Positions 22,646-33,920 of a stretch of 51,000 bases of DNA are shown here, piece after piece. Source of the stretch: Perkinsela sp. CCAP 1560/9 (taxonomy: Eukaryota; Protista; Euglenozoa: Kinetoplastea). A program made the translations under genes and the position numbers. Where the stretch lies: the NCBI GenBank assembly GCA_965644495.1, contig CBFFSA010000057.1, positions 1-51,000 of the forward strand. The letters run 5' to 3'. Position 1 is the stretch's first letter. Each line of letters starts with the position of its first letter. Below the pieces are notes generated by a model. That model was not told the origin of the DNA and searched no databases. It saw only the letters and a list, made by a program, of their open reading frames with translations.

Positions 22646-25600
22646 CAAGTATTGAAGACACGGCACGAATGATGAACTGTTCTGAGAGCTCTGTCTATCG
22701 GTACAAGGCACGTTTTGATGAGTCAGGTGACGTGGCACGTGCGAGCTACTCGCGCGATAATGCCGTTGATACGGAGGAATTCCGTGCTATGCTTTGTACC
22801 CTTGTTGATGATGAGAAAGACACCCCATTCGGGTGTCCGGGGTTTAAATGGGTACACAAGAGAGTGGACAAGACACTTTATCCTTGTAGTCTGAACACCG
22901 TAAAACGGAGTTTGAAAAGGATGGGATACGTCATTAAGACTATGTCACACAAACCTTTCTTAACTGCTGAGCACAAGGCTGCCCGATTACAACTTGCTGA
23001 TTACTTCGATGGATGGAGTCCAGATCAGCTGTCCCGTGTGGTATGGTGTGACGAGAAGATTTTCCGATGTGGTTCACATGGGAAAAAAATCACATATCTT
23101 GCAAAAATCAATGACCCCCCCAAGGAAACACCAGTAGAAATGGATAGGTGGTACGGGGGGAAGGGAGTGCATGTATTCATGGCAACCAGTCTGCGTTGGG
23201 AAGTACCCGATGCGTGTTTCCACGAGTTTTCCCAGAATGAAACCGTAACAAACGAAGTTTTTCTGAGAACAATGAAGAAGCGAAATGGGTTTTTTAACTG
23301 GATGCATCGGCGGCCGGGGGCTGCTGTTGTCCTTGACAATGCGCCAGGGCACGGGGCAGCCCGGAGAATAGGTAAGCTGGAAGGAATTAAAATTATTGAC
23401 TGGCCTTCGAAATCTCCTGATCTCAATTTGATTGAGAATTTGTGGAGTACCGTCACCCCCCCCCCCCACTTGTCCCGACGAAAAGGCCAAAAAAGCGGAA
23501 AAGGAGGATAAGTCGCGTGGTAGGACAAGTCACGTAGCATCAAGAGGAATTGTATGGCACATTTTTGTATGCATCCGTGTACATGGAAAAACTCTTTTTC
23601 GAACTTATTAGGTCGGCTTCAGTACCATCAGCGAGATGGCAGTGCCAGGGAAGACCACGAGGAGGTCCCGACCTTACTTCCCCATTTCCGTTTTGTGCCC
23701 AACTTTCAGAGGAAGTTGTTTTTTTTTACAGAAACGGTAACTTTATCGTTTGAACAGCTTTCCGAATATAACGTGAACGATATATATAACGTGAGACCAC
23801 GTACCAATAGAGTAAATACATTGTATATGAATACAAATGGTGTTTACAAGGGAAAAACAATATCAACTGAATTAAAGCATGTAAAAAAACCCAAGTAAAT
23901 AAAAAGTGCGCGAATATAAATTTTATGAAATATAGGAAAACGTATAACGCTAAAACAGAAAATGCACTTTAAATTTATTCTGCTTTATTATAATACAGCT
24001 ATCATTTTTAATAAAACAGTTTCTGATCTTTAATGAAGTATACAACGGTCATCATTTTCCTCCCCCTTGACTTCAATCGCGCACATATGATGGAAGGTTC
24101 GTTTACAACCATACTCGCTACATTCACGTCTGACGAGATTCACAAGTGTACAATAGCAACACTCTTGTACAACTGCCACGTCGCTTGATTTTGGAAATGG
24201 TGCATCAAAAAAACTATTATTCTCTACCCTTAACTGTGACAACTCACTCGAACAGAACATCGATATGCCTTTCCTTCAAGTACAGAAGCAGTTCCTTAGT
24301 GCGATGTGCCGCGTAAAGATCTAGGACAAACAAAGTCTTGTAAGGTGGGAACTTTGATCGGTCGCAAAACTCAAATTTGGCCCACTGTAAAAATGTTACA
24401 CCAGTCGTCCAACCAGATTTCGACGTAGTGCTGGTACATTTATATTTCACGCTGGCTCGCTTGGTTTCTTGTGCAATGGGTCCAACCTCTGATTGCGCGC
24501 TCCAAATCAGGTGAGGTGGGTTCATTAGGTGCGACCAGGTGTCATCATAATTTTTCGAAGAACGACATCACATCCAACAAGTTGTAATGTTACGCTCTTT
24601 TCCAGTTGTACATATCTTGACGCGCTTGGTTCCACGAAATTCATACGTTAGATTTGCCACAGGCTCCCAGGCAACAGGTGTTTCGTCTCCATGAACAATT
24701 ACTTTGTAACCGCCGCAGTCGGCATTCATGAGAGAAAGTATATCTTTCCAGTTTCGGACTTTTTCTTCTGCATCCACAGGAAGTAACTGGGTGCAACCGT
24801 TCACCCGGCGAACAGAAATGTTTGCCCACTTACAAAAGCGCAACCAGAATGCCTGTTGGCCTCGGTCAGTAAGGTTCCGGAAGTGATCAGAAACTTCGTT
24901 GAAGTATTTGACCATCATGCTCTTGGTCACTGAAACTAGCGACTCTCTCAACACCTGCACAGTTTCCAATCCACCCTGATACACCTCACGATTTCGGAGT
25001 GGAGGGTGATATTGGAATTTGTTTCCGTACCCGAGATGCACAAGTTGCTGCCATTCTTTTTTCTTTGAATAAATTTTGCGTACAGTGCTACAGTCAACCT
25101 TGTATTTTTGTGCCACTTTCGCTTGACTTTTTCCGTTGTCAAGCGCAGCACAAATATTGCGCTTTTGCTGGATTGTGATGTCAACGCGTATTTTTCGCTC
25201 AGATGCACTCTGTGATACGGAAACCTGTTGAGCATTTATTACACTTCCAGACGTGTCTCCCACATAGGGTATCACCGCTGTGTTTTCAGTTTTCGAAGTG
25301 ATGGGTACTAGTACTTGACTAGCGTTGAATGGTTCACAGTTTCGCTTCTTTCTAGACATCATGATTCAAATAGTTTTTAAAGAGATAATATCTGTAGACT
25401 GAGTGTCGTACTTTGTAGAGATAGTCGTAACTGGTTTCTATTAAATACAACTGTATCGGCAACTAAAAAATACGAAAAATATAATTTTTCAAAAATGACC
25501 AAGGGCAGGGGACTACCACGTGACATATCCGCCCTCAAATTCTCAAGAGCGGATATGTCACGTGGTAGGACAAGTGAGGGGGGGGGGACGGTATGATGGA

Positions 25601-26016
25601 TAAGTACATCGACACCCATCTTCGTCCGAAAAATCGAACGGAATTGCAAGCTGCTATTCCTAAGGCGAAGGACTACTTGTTGGCAGAGTGTCACGAGGCG
25701 TATGTGAACACGTTACAGAGTCTTCCCACACGCCTCGCTACTCTACGTGAGCGTGGAGGTGGGAATACTGGATATTAAGACTTAGTTTCTACCGCGAAAG
25801 GCCAAAAATTACTATTTTGCGCTCTTTTTTCAATTTGCAAAATCTCAAAAATTTCAGTTTTTCGACCCATGGGAAAGGCTTGCTTTCATCAGTTTTTGTA
25901 TTCTAAATAGCGTAGACACGATATTCAGAACGAGATCTCTCGTTTGCACAAAAATTAGCTCAAACGGCCTCACGAGGCTAAAATGCGAAGCTAGTCAGTT
26001 TTCGTGGCCCCCTCTG
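22646..26016 (+). mobile_element. 5'-truncated Tc1-like element T2 (DD32E), split by F
   Basis: VWCDEK, VLDNAPGH, SPDLNLIENLWS + MMDKY...GGGNTGY* (25593..25778) in frame after removing F; the right end is the reverse complement of ~6916-7030 and is followed by TA. Confidence 0.88.
23450..25591 (-). mobile_element. pogo-like element F with a broken transposase (25362..24030)
   Basis: TA|CCGTCACCCCCCCCCCCCACTTGTCC...GGACAAGTGAGGGGGGGGGGACGG|TA; CENP-B-type HTH, HGDETP, VLDLYAAH, C-terminal PHD-like Cys/His finger. Confidence 0.88.
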
Positions 26017-26556
26017 TATACTAGCCGAATACTAGTGTTTTAGTATATACTAGTATACTGGTTAGACTATGCTTAGGGGGCCAAGCTAGCATGGTGACAC
26101 TATTTTCATCAAAATGGTGAGGGGTCAAAATCATGAGGGGTCCACTCCGACAGCTCGCGGCACAGCTCTATTCATTTCTGCTTGTGGGCAGCCGTAAGAG
26201 CTGGATGACGGGGGACAGCGCGCAAAATGATGCCTTCACGCTTTAAAGTGCGCGTGATAGAGCGCCGGGAACAATAAAACCCTTCGGACTGAAGGGTTGA
26301 CACGAGGTTCGACCATGAACGGAATTCCATAAGGCAAATCTCGCGTACCTTCACCAATGAGGGTTATAGCTCGGCTGATTATCCACGTCTCCTGTCTCCT
26401 CGTATCGCTGAATCCAACGCTTCGCAGTGTTCTCGTGACAACCTGCTTCGCGTGCGTCAGAGGTTTTACCAATTGGACGAACTTCTTCAACCCCTCAAAA
26501 GGCGTTAGTCGGATAGGAAAATGTTCTGAGCAGGGGTCAAAGTCACAGAGGACGTA

Positions 26557-27635
26557 CTGTGACCCGCCCCTTTAATACGGACAGATTTTTGGACATTGTC
26601 CGTATTAAAGGGGGGGGGTACTAAAGATAAGAAAATGACCCTGTTTTTAAGCTAAAAAATGCGACAAAAAAAGTTTCGCGCCGCTTTGCGGCGCCTGTTT
26701 TTTTTGATGAAATTGGTGAAGGGGGGTGATCTGTAGGGGAAATAAATTTTACGAGCACAACCCAGACTAAAGTGGACGAGGGAGATACTAAACCACAACC
26801 CGGTTTAACATTCCGGGGAGAATGTTAAGTAGCTACAGGAACGTTAACTTTTTTTTTGAGTTTGGTAATCGTATTCTTCAAAACAATGATGGCATAAAAG
26901 TTAACATACCTGTAGCAAGATATCTGTAACAAGATAACATACCGGGGGGTATGTTATCCTGTAACACCATTTACAGGATAATGAGACGTTTCCTTCAGGA
27001 AGTAAAAAGTTCGATTATTTTGAGTCGCCTTTTTCCGATATACCGTAGACCCACCAGTAATAGACCCCCCAGTAACAAGGATTTGGCTCGGGAGGGTGGC
27101 TCAAGGGGGGAGGGGGATTTGGGCGGGGTGAGGGGGGTTGCGCGGGAGCGAGTGTTCTTCTTTTACCCTAAATGGGTTGCCCGGGCTGCTCCGATTTTTC
27201 ATGCGCTGATGAGTGGTCCAATACTTTGCTTTATATGCAACGGAAGAGAGCATCATATTCCGGATAAAAATCATGCTCTTATGTATGAGGCCGTTACTTG
27301 TTCGAAAGGTCATGAGCCACTGGTACGTACTCTTAAGGAAGATCATTGGTTATGCTTCGATATAAAGTGCCGCGGTAAAACTTATTTTTGGGAACCTCTT
27401 CTGACGGCCGCACATGGGCGCACCGCAAACCAGGTTTTTAAAGTCTTATACGGTATCACTTCTGTAGCCGGCTACTGATCTCAACGAAGAGTGGACTTGG
27501 GGCAAAAGCGATCACTCGGCTGACAAACATCCCTTTGAGTCGTGCTCTCGAACAATGAAAATCGAAAAAATAGAAATCGAAAATTTTCCTTCCAAAAAAC
27601 TTCAAAAAATTCCGTATTAAAGGGGGGGGTCACAG
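26557..27635. mobile_element. Element H, CTGTGACCC family, TA TSD
   Basis: TA|CTGTGACCCGCCCCTTTAATACGGA...TCCGTATTAAAGGGGGGGGTCACAG|TA. Confidence 0.85.
27209..27478 (+). pseudogene. Merlin-like N-terminal Zn-ribbon fragment
   Basis: LCFICNG...CSKGH...WLCFDIKCRG...EPLL...RTANQVFK aligns with the M1 N-terminus. Confidence 0.6.
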
Positions 27636-30600
27636 TACTTTAATTCAAAGAACGCTCAGCTAAAGCAAAAGAATCAGACGACAAAGGATACACGCAGCAG
27701 AGATTTGCACTCAAGTCCAAAAGAGCGAAAGAGGAGAAACAAAAATGTATAGGGGCTTTCTATTTAATAGTAAATGTTTGTTTAGCTTCTCCTACCTTCA
27801 TATGAACATTGTTTTTGATTTTTAACAATTGAATGAGTTTCTGTAAAAAAATGGTCGCTATTTCTTTCGCCGAATTTCTTGAACTCGCGTTTTCACCAAG
27901 TCTTTTCTTCCACGTAAATTCAACCAGGACCGGTGGGATCGGCCGGGATCGTAAATCCCTAGTTTCAGCCCTCTTATTATGTGCACAAGAACGAACGCTG
28001 TAAAGTGCTTCATAACCGAGAACAGCAGGATACCCAGTCGAATGTTGTCAAGTGCGTTGATTTCATAAATGAAGGCCTCTCATGCTTGGCCGCTAAGAGC
28101 AGCATGTCAACGGAAGCCTTCCTTTCGTTCGTACGATCATATGAAGAAATACGTCCAAACAGTCCACCAGCAGAAATACTGTCTCATTTGCCTTGCCCGA
28201 AGACTTTTCATGTGAAGGAAAAAATTGTTGCTAGTAAACTTTGGGAAACGATTCGTGCAACCGTGAAGCAGCACTCATTTTTTGGACTAGCTGTAGACGG
28301 GGGAATAGATAATGTCAAACATCAACACATAGTTGTAAGCGTAATATATCGGAGAAAGTTCGTTTGTGTTGCCACTTGTATATCATAAGCGAAAAAAGGC
28401 CTTTAGTGGAGCCGAAATGTCCGCACACCTTATGACTATGTTAAGAAGAGGTTTGGGAGACGATGTCTTAAAGCTGCGGTACTTGATGGTGGACGGATGC
28501 GCAGTTGATCATGTTGCACGTGCCGCCACAGAAGAAGCACTTAAACAATTTTATGAGCGGTACGAAGAAGTAGGTACTCTTGACAAAGAGCATTTGTGTA
28601 ACGGGGTGCGTTCTGTTGTTCCATGCGTTCGTGAGCTTTCTTGCTTCGGTCACCTAGTAAATTTAGTTGCTCGTGAAGCGCTTGCTCACTATCGTCAACG
28701 TCCTTTTATGCAACTCCGCGACTCTTTCGCGCGCCTGTTTTATTCGGGAGGAAAACCTAGCGCCAAGAAAGGAAAGTACTTGGGGAAAGCTCTCGAGGAC
28801 CTTGTATGCCCGTACGACACGACTACGAGCGAGTGCGTAGAATTTTTTTCGCAGTGGTGTTCCTTGCCTGAAGAAACTCCTCTCACTGAAGCTATTTTAC
28901 AGAACCATTTCAGTAAACTATTGAAAGCACTAGAAGGACTCCAAAGAGTATGTGGGCTAGATCTAAGTGATATCAAATGAGTACTTTCGTCAGACACCAG
29001 CTCAGAAAGTAAGCAGGAAGCATTGAAGCAACAAGGACCAAAAATTGTTGATGCGTTGCAGAAGGCTCGGCAAGTTTCCACTACCCGCTCCAAAGCTTGG
29101 AGGCGCTACGCGATGGTGCACAGATTATTTTGACAGTGTTCAGTACCTAGCTACTCAGATGCCAGCGATTATATCGTACGTGCAATCTGAAATTGAATCT
29201 GGACGGCCATCCAAATCTGTTGAACGGTGCGCAAGCATCGCGGTTGCGAACAGCATGGAAGATATGATGAAGGAGGCGAATATGTTCTTACAGGAATTGA
29301 AGCCTGTTCACGACATACTGAAGGAACTTTCTGACGTACGGGACAGTCCTATGGCGCTGATTCCCTACCGCGCTACTAAACTTTTACTCAGAGAGGCTGA
29401 TCGTGAAGGTTGCCCCGCAGAGTTAGGTGCGGCTCTTCGAAAACACCTAGACGGACTGCAGCAAAAGTCGTTCATGTTCTTCTGGGAGGGAGTGATGAGT
29501 TTTTCACCAATGTACGTACTCATGGTTCGAGAGCATAGGGAAGAGGCCGGCACGATCATTGGAGTTGACGGGGCTAACGATCTCTTCAAAAGTGGGACAC
29601 CAGTGTTTGGAATTATTGCCGAGGTTTGGTCTGAATACTCGTCCGGCAAAGGTTTTGACCGCGATCCAGCCGAGCATAAGACGGCCTGGAGTTGGTGGCA
29701 GTCAAGAGGGCGGGAATTGTTTCCCACTATTTATGAAGCTGCTCGTCACTACCTCTTTGTTGTCCCTGTTGTCACCGAATGCGACTCTCTGCTTTCCATC
29801 ATGGGATGGAAGTATGATGCACGGCAGGCTTTTCTAGAATCTGACGTTATTGCGACACAGATGTTCCTCCGCGGTAATTTGGAGAATATTGGATTTTCGT
29901 GAAGCTGGTTTGACAAGAAAGCGACGTTTATAGACTTTTGCTATACCTGTAGTACATTTTTTTAAGTTTACTTAGGGTTTTTTTTCCGTGAGTTCTTGGT
30001 TATGATCATACGCTCGTGGCGCAGAGATACGTCTCTCTGTGTGACGGCCGATACCATCGGCGCATGACCCGCATACGACGGGTGTCACACAGAGAGTGGA
30101 GTGCGAGGTAGGAGACGAGACGCCCATCGGTCATGCTACAGCACGTATAGCCATGGTTCATGCTGCAACACGGTCAAGCCGTGGGTTCATGCTGTCAGAT
30201 GGTCTATCGTGGATCATGATGCATCATGGGGAGGTCCGTTACCGCCGCACTCGCTACAGCATGTAGGGAGAGAGGGGTGCAAGTTCGCATCCCCTATACA
30301 CGCATACAACGTGTCCTCCCGCTGTAGCACGCCCAGTGGTCCTCAAGGGAGGCCACCATGGCGCATAGCTCCCGGGAGAAGAAAGCACGAGAAGGAGAGA
30401 GCCGGGGAGGGAAGAAAGCTCACTCGAAGAGAGCGAGCCGGGGAGGGGTGAAGAGTGCGAAGTGCGTCCCCTACTTCCGCGACAAAGAGGGACAGTTTCA
30501 GCTAGCCGTCAGCCGGAAACGGGCATTTAAAAGTAAGAATACGCCCGTTTCCGGGAAAAGAAAGGAAGGGCTAGCAAAATGTACCAACAAGGTACAGAAA

Positions 30601-32202
30601 CTGGTCTTGTTTTTCCCTTTGTAAACATACAAGTTTGAAGTTTCTTCCGTTCTATATTCTATAATATTATATTCGTTCATGGAAAATTTTTATAATTGTT
30701 GTTTGAATAGTAGTATTTCGTGTGATGTCATGAAAGAAGATAAAGCATTTTTGGTCTAATTTTTAATGTTAAGATATACATCTCAAATGGAGGGTTTAAA
30801 TGAGGTGTGTCATTCAATCGAAATGCAACGTAATAACTCCATGCAAAAGACAGTTGTAGACAATGTAGAGTTGCAATCTATTTGCTTCATACACAGTGAT
30901 AATCATAATAACGTCCTCTGGTGTGATCATCATACACACATGTATCTTTAGAAGTTTTTGCCAAATCTCAACAACCTACATAGTTTATGACACCGCGAGG
31001 AGTGTCTTTATGTCGCATCGGTTCTTTTGTCTGCCTCAACCATGTCCGAAACTGCTGCTCCACACTCTCAAAAGTCGCATGAAGTAATCGACGTAGTAAT
31101 CAGTATTCGGTGTAGTAATCAGTAACCAAAATGTAGTAATTTACTACCGATTAAACATCATGTAGTAATTTACTACATGATTAATCCAGGGTATGTATTT
31201 AATATGACTCCGATTTTGGGCAAAATGCCCTTTTAAAGGGGGGTACATGGAAAATAATGTGAAAGAAAAAAAATCGGCGGATTCGATTTTTTTTATCTTC
31301 CCTGAAATCTATTTTGGCCTTCCAGACAAAATGGCCGTATTAAAGGGGGGGTCGTACGTAGCCCTATTAAATAGGGAGGGGATAGTATAAATACAAATTA
31401 TAAACGTTTTGGATTTATCTTTATAATTATAAATATATTTATAATTATAAATGGCTTTTAGGTGCTGTAAACCCAATTCCGAGAAAAATGGACCCCTTTT
31501 AGACCAAAAAAGCTGTTCTGCGTATCCGGATTTTCGTATTTTTCACTGCCTTGCCGCTCCGAGCCGCTCAGATGACGCTTCACCCCTCTTGCTTTGCTTT
31601 AAATTTCGAGCAGACTCATTTTTGTTTATAAATAAGAAGTATTTATAAATCTTGAGAACAGGGTAATTTATAATTAGTTGTTAGAGGGGGGTATACTATC
31701 CTGGAGAATATCCTGGAGAATATTTACTCCTGGACGATATCGACGAGATATAATTTATGATATCTCGATATTCTGGATTGGATTCCCCGATATTCTAGTT
31801 CGATATCGACGAGTGTCCTGAAGTTCGATATCAGACGTTGCAAAAACAAAAAATATCAACGGGAGCACAGCCAAAAACGCGAATACGTCTAGGTTGCGGT
31901 CGCGCTAATCAACACCACCCTCCTCTGAAAAATCGCGAGCTCTATGAAGAAGGTACTTCGATGCTCCACATACTAAGGGAGGCAATGGTCGGAGTCACAA
32001 AGCCTATGATGTTCAAGTATTTTGCAGAAGTTTCCCAGCATTTTAGTACCCTCACTGAGAAAGGACAGAATAAGTTTGGGCTGCGATTATGTAAGTATGC
32101 AAACATTATTCGTCGCCGAGTCAATGGCTGTACACAAATGGTTCCTGTGGCTCCGTGTTACAAAGCTACATGCATCAGTACTGAAAACCAATGGGAACAT
32201 GT

Positions 32203-32260
32203 GAGGGGCTGCGGGTGTGATCTCGCGTGATCTCGTCTTGGTCCTCACCCGCAGCCCCTC
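32203..32260. mobile_element. 58-bp MITE, GAG...CTC ends, 4-bp TSD (Sola2-like signature)
   Basis: ATGT|GAGGGGCTGCGGGTG...CACCCGCAGCCCCTC|ATGT; solo ends at 44914 and 47052. Confidence 0.8.
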
Positions 32261-32714
32261 ATGTTATGCTACCTCCTCATTTGATCTGAGGAGCGTCATC
32301 ATTTTCCGGCCCCATTTCGCGTGATGGCGCCCGTGCCGCAAAAAAATATGGGTGCACGTCGACTACAAAGAAAACACTGGGGATGACTTTTATGAAAGGA
32401 TTAAATACGAAATCTATTTATAAAGAAAAATACGTCGCATCAGCCGCCCTATGTGCACTAGTACGTTACTTATCTTAGTGTGCTACTACTTTATCCTAGT
32501 ACGCTACTTATCCTCAAACTGCCTGTTTTGAAGACGAAATGCGGAACATCTAATGGGGATAACGATAGATGTGTATACGCTTTACTACACTGACATGATA
32601 CTGTACAGATGATGCACATCAGCTAGTCACTGACGGTTCAAGGTCCATTTTTATAGGGAGCTGTTTTCTTGGGCAGTCACCCGTAGACCTTCCTGTTTGG
32701 AAGTTCTGTCAACC

Positions 32715-33920
32715 TTATTTGAGTGTATACACGAATCCGTGTCGTCTAGAATCTATGGAAATAAAATCGACTTTTTGAAGAGAAAAGGTTTGGCTTTCAA
32801 AAGGAAATGCGCTATCAGGGACATCAAAATCATGAATTTGACCACGAACGCCCTCGCCATGAGCATCATAAAAACATTGTATAGACTTAGCTAATCGAGC
32901 AATTCGCGATGTGTTGCCTTTAAATGTGAAACTGTTCGGAAAATCAGTGATCTTCTTGTTCTCTTGCATGCGAAAATAACATGCATCCATATCGATTGAC
33001 TGTCCCTGCTTCACTGGTAGCATACTTGATTGATTCAAAGATTTTGTAGAAATTCGTGTATCGTCGTCATCAATGATCCATGTGTGACCCCGAGTCCAGG
33101 ATACCACACTATCCGCATCTTCTTCCTCTATGTCGCATTCGGACAAACCCAATTCAGTATTAGATAGAGTTGAAAAGGCTGAGCTCATTGAGCTAGCTGT
33201 ATCCCCCAACGAGCTCTCAGATTTCTTTCTTTCGAGCGGTACTATTTCTTCAAAGAGGGTTTCAAGAGGAGCTTCACAACATTCATTATCCGAAAACGTC
33301 ATTTCACCTAATTTAGGATGAGACCAAAAACAATTCACCTGACTATTCTCCCCTACCTGACAGCTACCTGACTCTTCTCCAAGAACGATGGTAGTTCCTT
33401 TGGAGGTGTTTCGAAGGAATGTGGGTTTCGCGGTTTCGCTTTTTGCCATCTGGAAATTAGCAAAAACTCCATTCTCCTGCGAATCGCTGCGGACGTTAAC
33501 ACGTTCAGTATCCGATTTACTAGTTTCATCTCCCATACCGCCGCTGTGTTTATTGATCGAGACCTTGTACACGTACCTCCGGCGTGCACGGAGACGCACC
33601 CACCATGGCATCCAGTGTTGATGCTGTGGGAAATTTCTTAGCATAGGACGATCAAAATATCCAAGAGGATCTTCCGTGAACATCTTATTTCGTTGCAAGG
33701 TATATCGGTTTTCTTTAATTTTCCTTCGTTTGCGTGGTTTTCTGTGTTCAAAACTCTCCGCCGTCTCCGCCTTTGAGCTCTCATCTAAAGTTGCTGAGAA
33801 TTCTTTATCGTTTTTCCCAGAATCCCCCCCACCAGAAAGTGCAACTAGTAAAGCGGTCGTTTTGGCATCTCCCCGCATTTCAACCGCTTCCCTCTGGTTC
33901 GCATTGGTGAGCCAAGGCAT
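32715..33920 (-). CDS. Hypothetical protein
   Basis: 401-aa ORF on the gene-array strand; no motif recognised. Confidence 0.65.
   Translation of the reverse strand: MPWLTNANQREAVEMRGDAKTTALLVALSGGGDSGKNDKEFSATLDESSKAETAESFEHRKPRKRRKIKENRYTLQRNKMFTEDPLGYFDRPMLRNFPQHQHWMPWWVRLRARRRYVYKVSINKHSGGMGDETSKSDTERVNVRSDSQENGVFANFQMAKSETAKPTFLRNTSKGTTIVLGEESGSCQVGENSQVNCFWSHPKLGEMTFSDNECCEAPLETLFEEIVPLERKKSESSLGDTASSMSSAFSTLSNTELGLSECDIEEEDADSVVSWTRGHTWIIDDDDTRISTKSLNQSSMLPVKQGQSIDMDACYFRMQENKKITDFPNSFTFKGNTSRIARLAKSIQCFYDAHGEGVRGQIHDFDVPDSAFPFESQTFSLQKVDFISIDSRRHGFVYTLK

Larger units (their letters stand above)
19713..26071 (+). mobile_element. CATA-family hAT-like transposon G
   Basis: CTTAGG|CATAGTCTAACTAGTAT...ATACTGGTTAGACTATG|CTTAGG; TAGTATATAC subterminal repeats. 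Confidence 0.9.
19640..26500 (-). pseudogene. Deleted Tc1-like transposase T3, split by G
   Basis: HTH part RTLKREGI...HPALTAAHKQK (26172..26357); removing G rejoins MLAWPPKSPDLNPIEIIW on the minus strand. Confidence 0.8.
19204..27973. mobile_element. Element E: TIR GAGGGCTGAAAC, TTA TSD, non-autonomous
   Basis: TTA|GAGGGCTGAAAC...GTTTCAGCCCTC|TTA; GGGATCGG subterminal repeats; removal restores the C ORF frame. Confidence 0.85.
18710..29902 (+). pseudogene. Transposase of C (18710..19203 + 27977..29902), split by E, with frameshifts and a stop
   Basis: Rejoined finger AICLYCGAVFHSRCTQT-YYVHKNERC; LAVDGGID, LMVDG, CFGH, TRW, ECDSLLS. Confidence 0.85.
17779..31195 (+). mobile_element. CATA-family hAT-like transposon C
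   Basis: TATTTA|CATACCCTGGAGTAATCGATGTAGTAAATTACTAC...GTAGTAATTTACTACATGATTAATCCAGGGTATG|TATTTA. Confidence 0.9.
17762..31385. mobile_element. MITE B (~200 bp of own sequence), inserted in the TIR of A and split by C
   Basis: TA|CTATCCCCCCCTATTTA...TATTAAATAGGGAGGGGATAG|TA. Confidence 0.82.
17741..31691. mobile_element. MITE A (~325 bp of own sequence), split by B
   Basis: TA|CCCCCCTCTAATAAGTAAT...ATTAGTTGTTAGAGGGGGG|TA; removal restores the pogo frame ID-YTILE. Confidence 0.8.
11375..32450 (+). mobile_element. Outer pogo-like element P0 hosting the nest; right TIR not found
   Basis: TA|CCGTCCCCCCCC terminus like element F. Transposase pieces 17466..17740 (KKRRID), 31694.. (YTILE), 31838..32160 (HPPLKNRELY...RRVNGCTQ) and ~32265 (MLPPHLI) are all homologous to the F transposase. 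Confidence 0.7.

Noticed and set aside
26933-26958. CATACCGGGGGGTATG as a minimal CATA element
   Set aside because: Part of a longer palindrome with no 6-bp direct duplication.
28978-28980. In-frame TGA codons in transposases as evidence of codon reassignment
   Set aside because: The same genes have frameshifts, and host genes end in TGA, TAG and TAA; ordinary decay explains it.
30000-30620. GC-rich insert in element C with a 12-bp hairpin (30512-30554)
   Set aside because: No boundaries, TSD or protein motif could be established.
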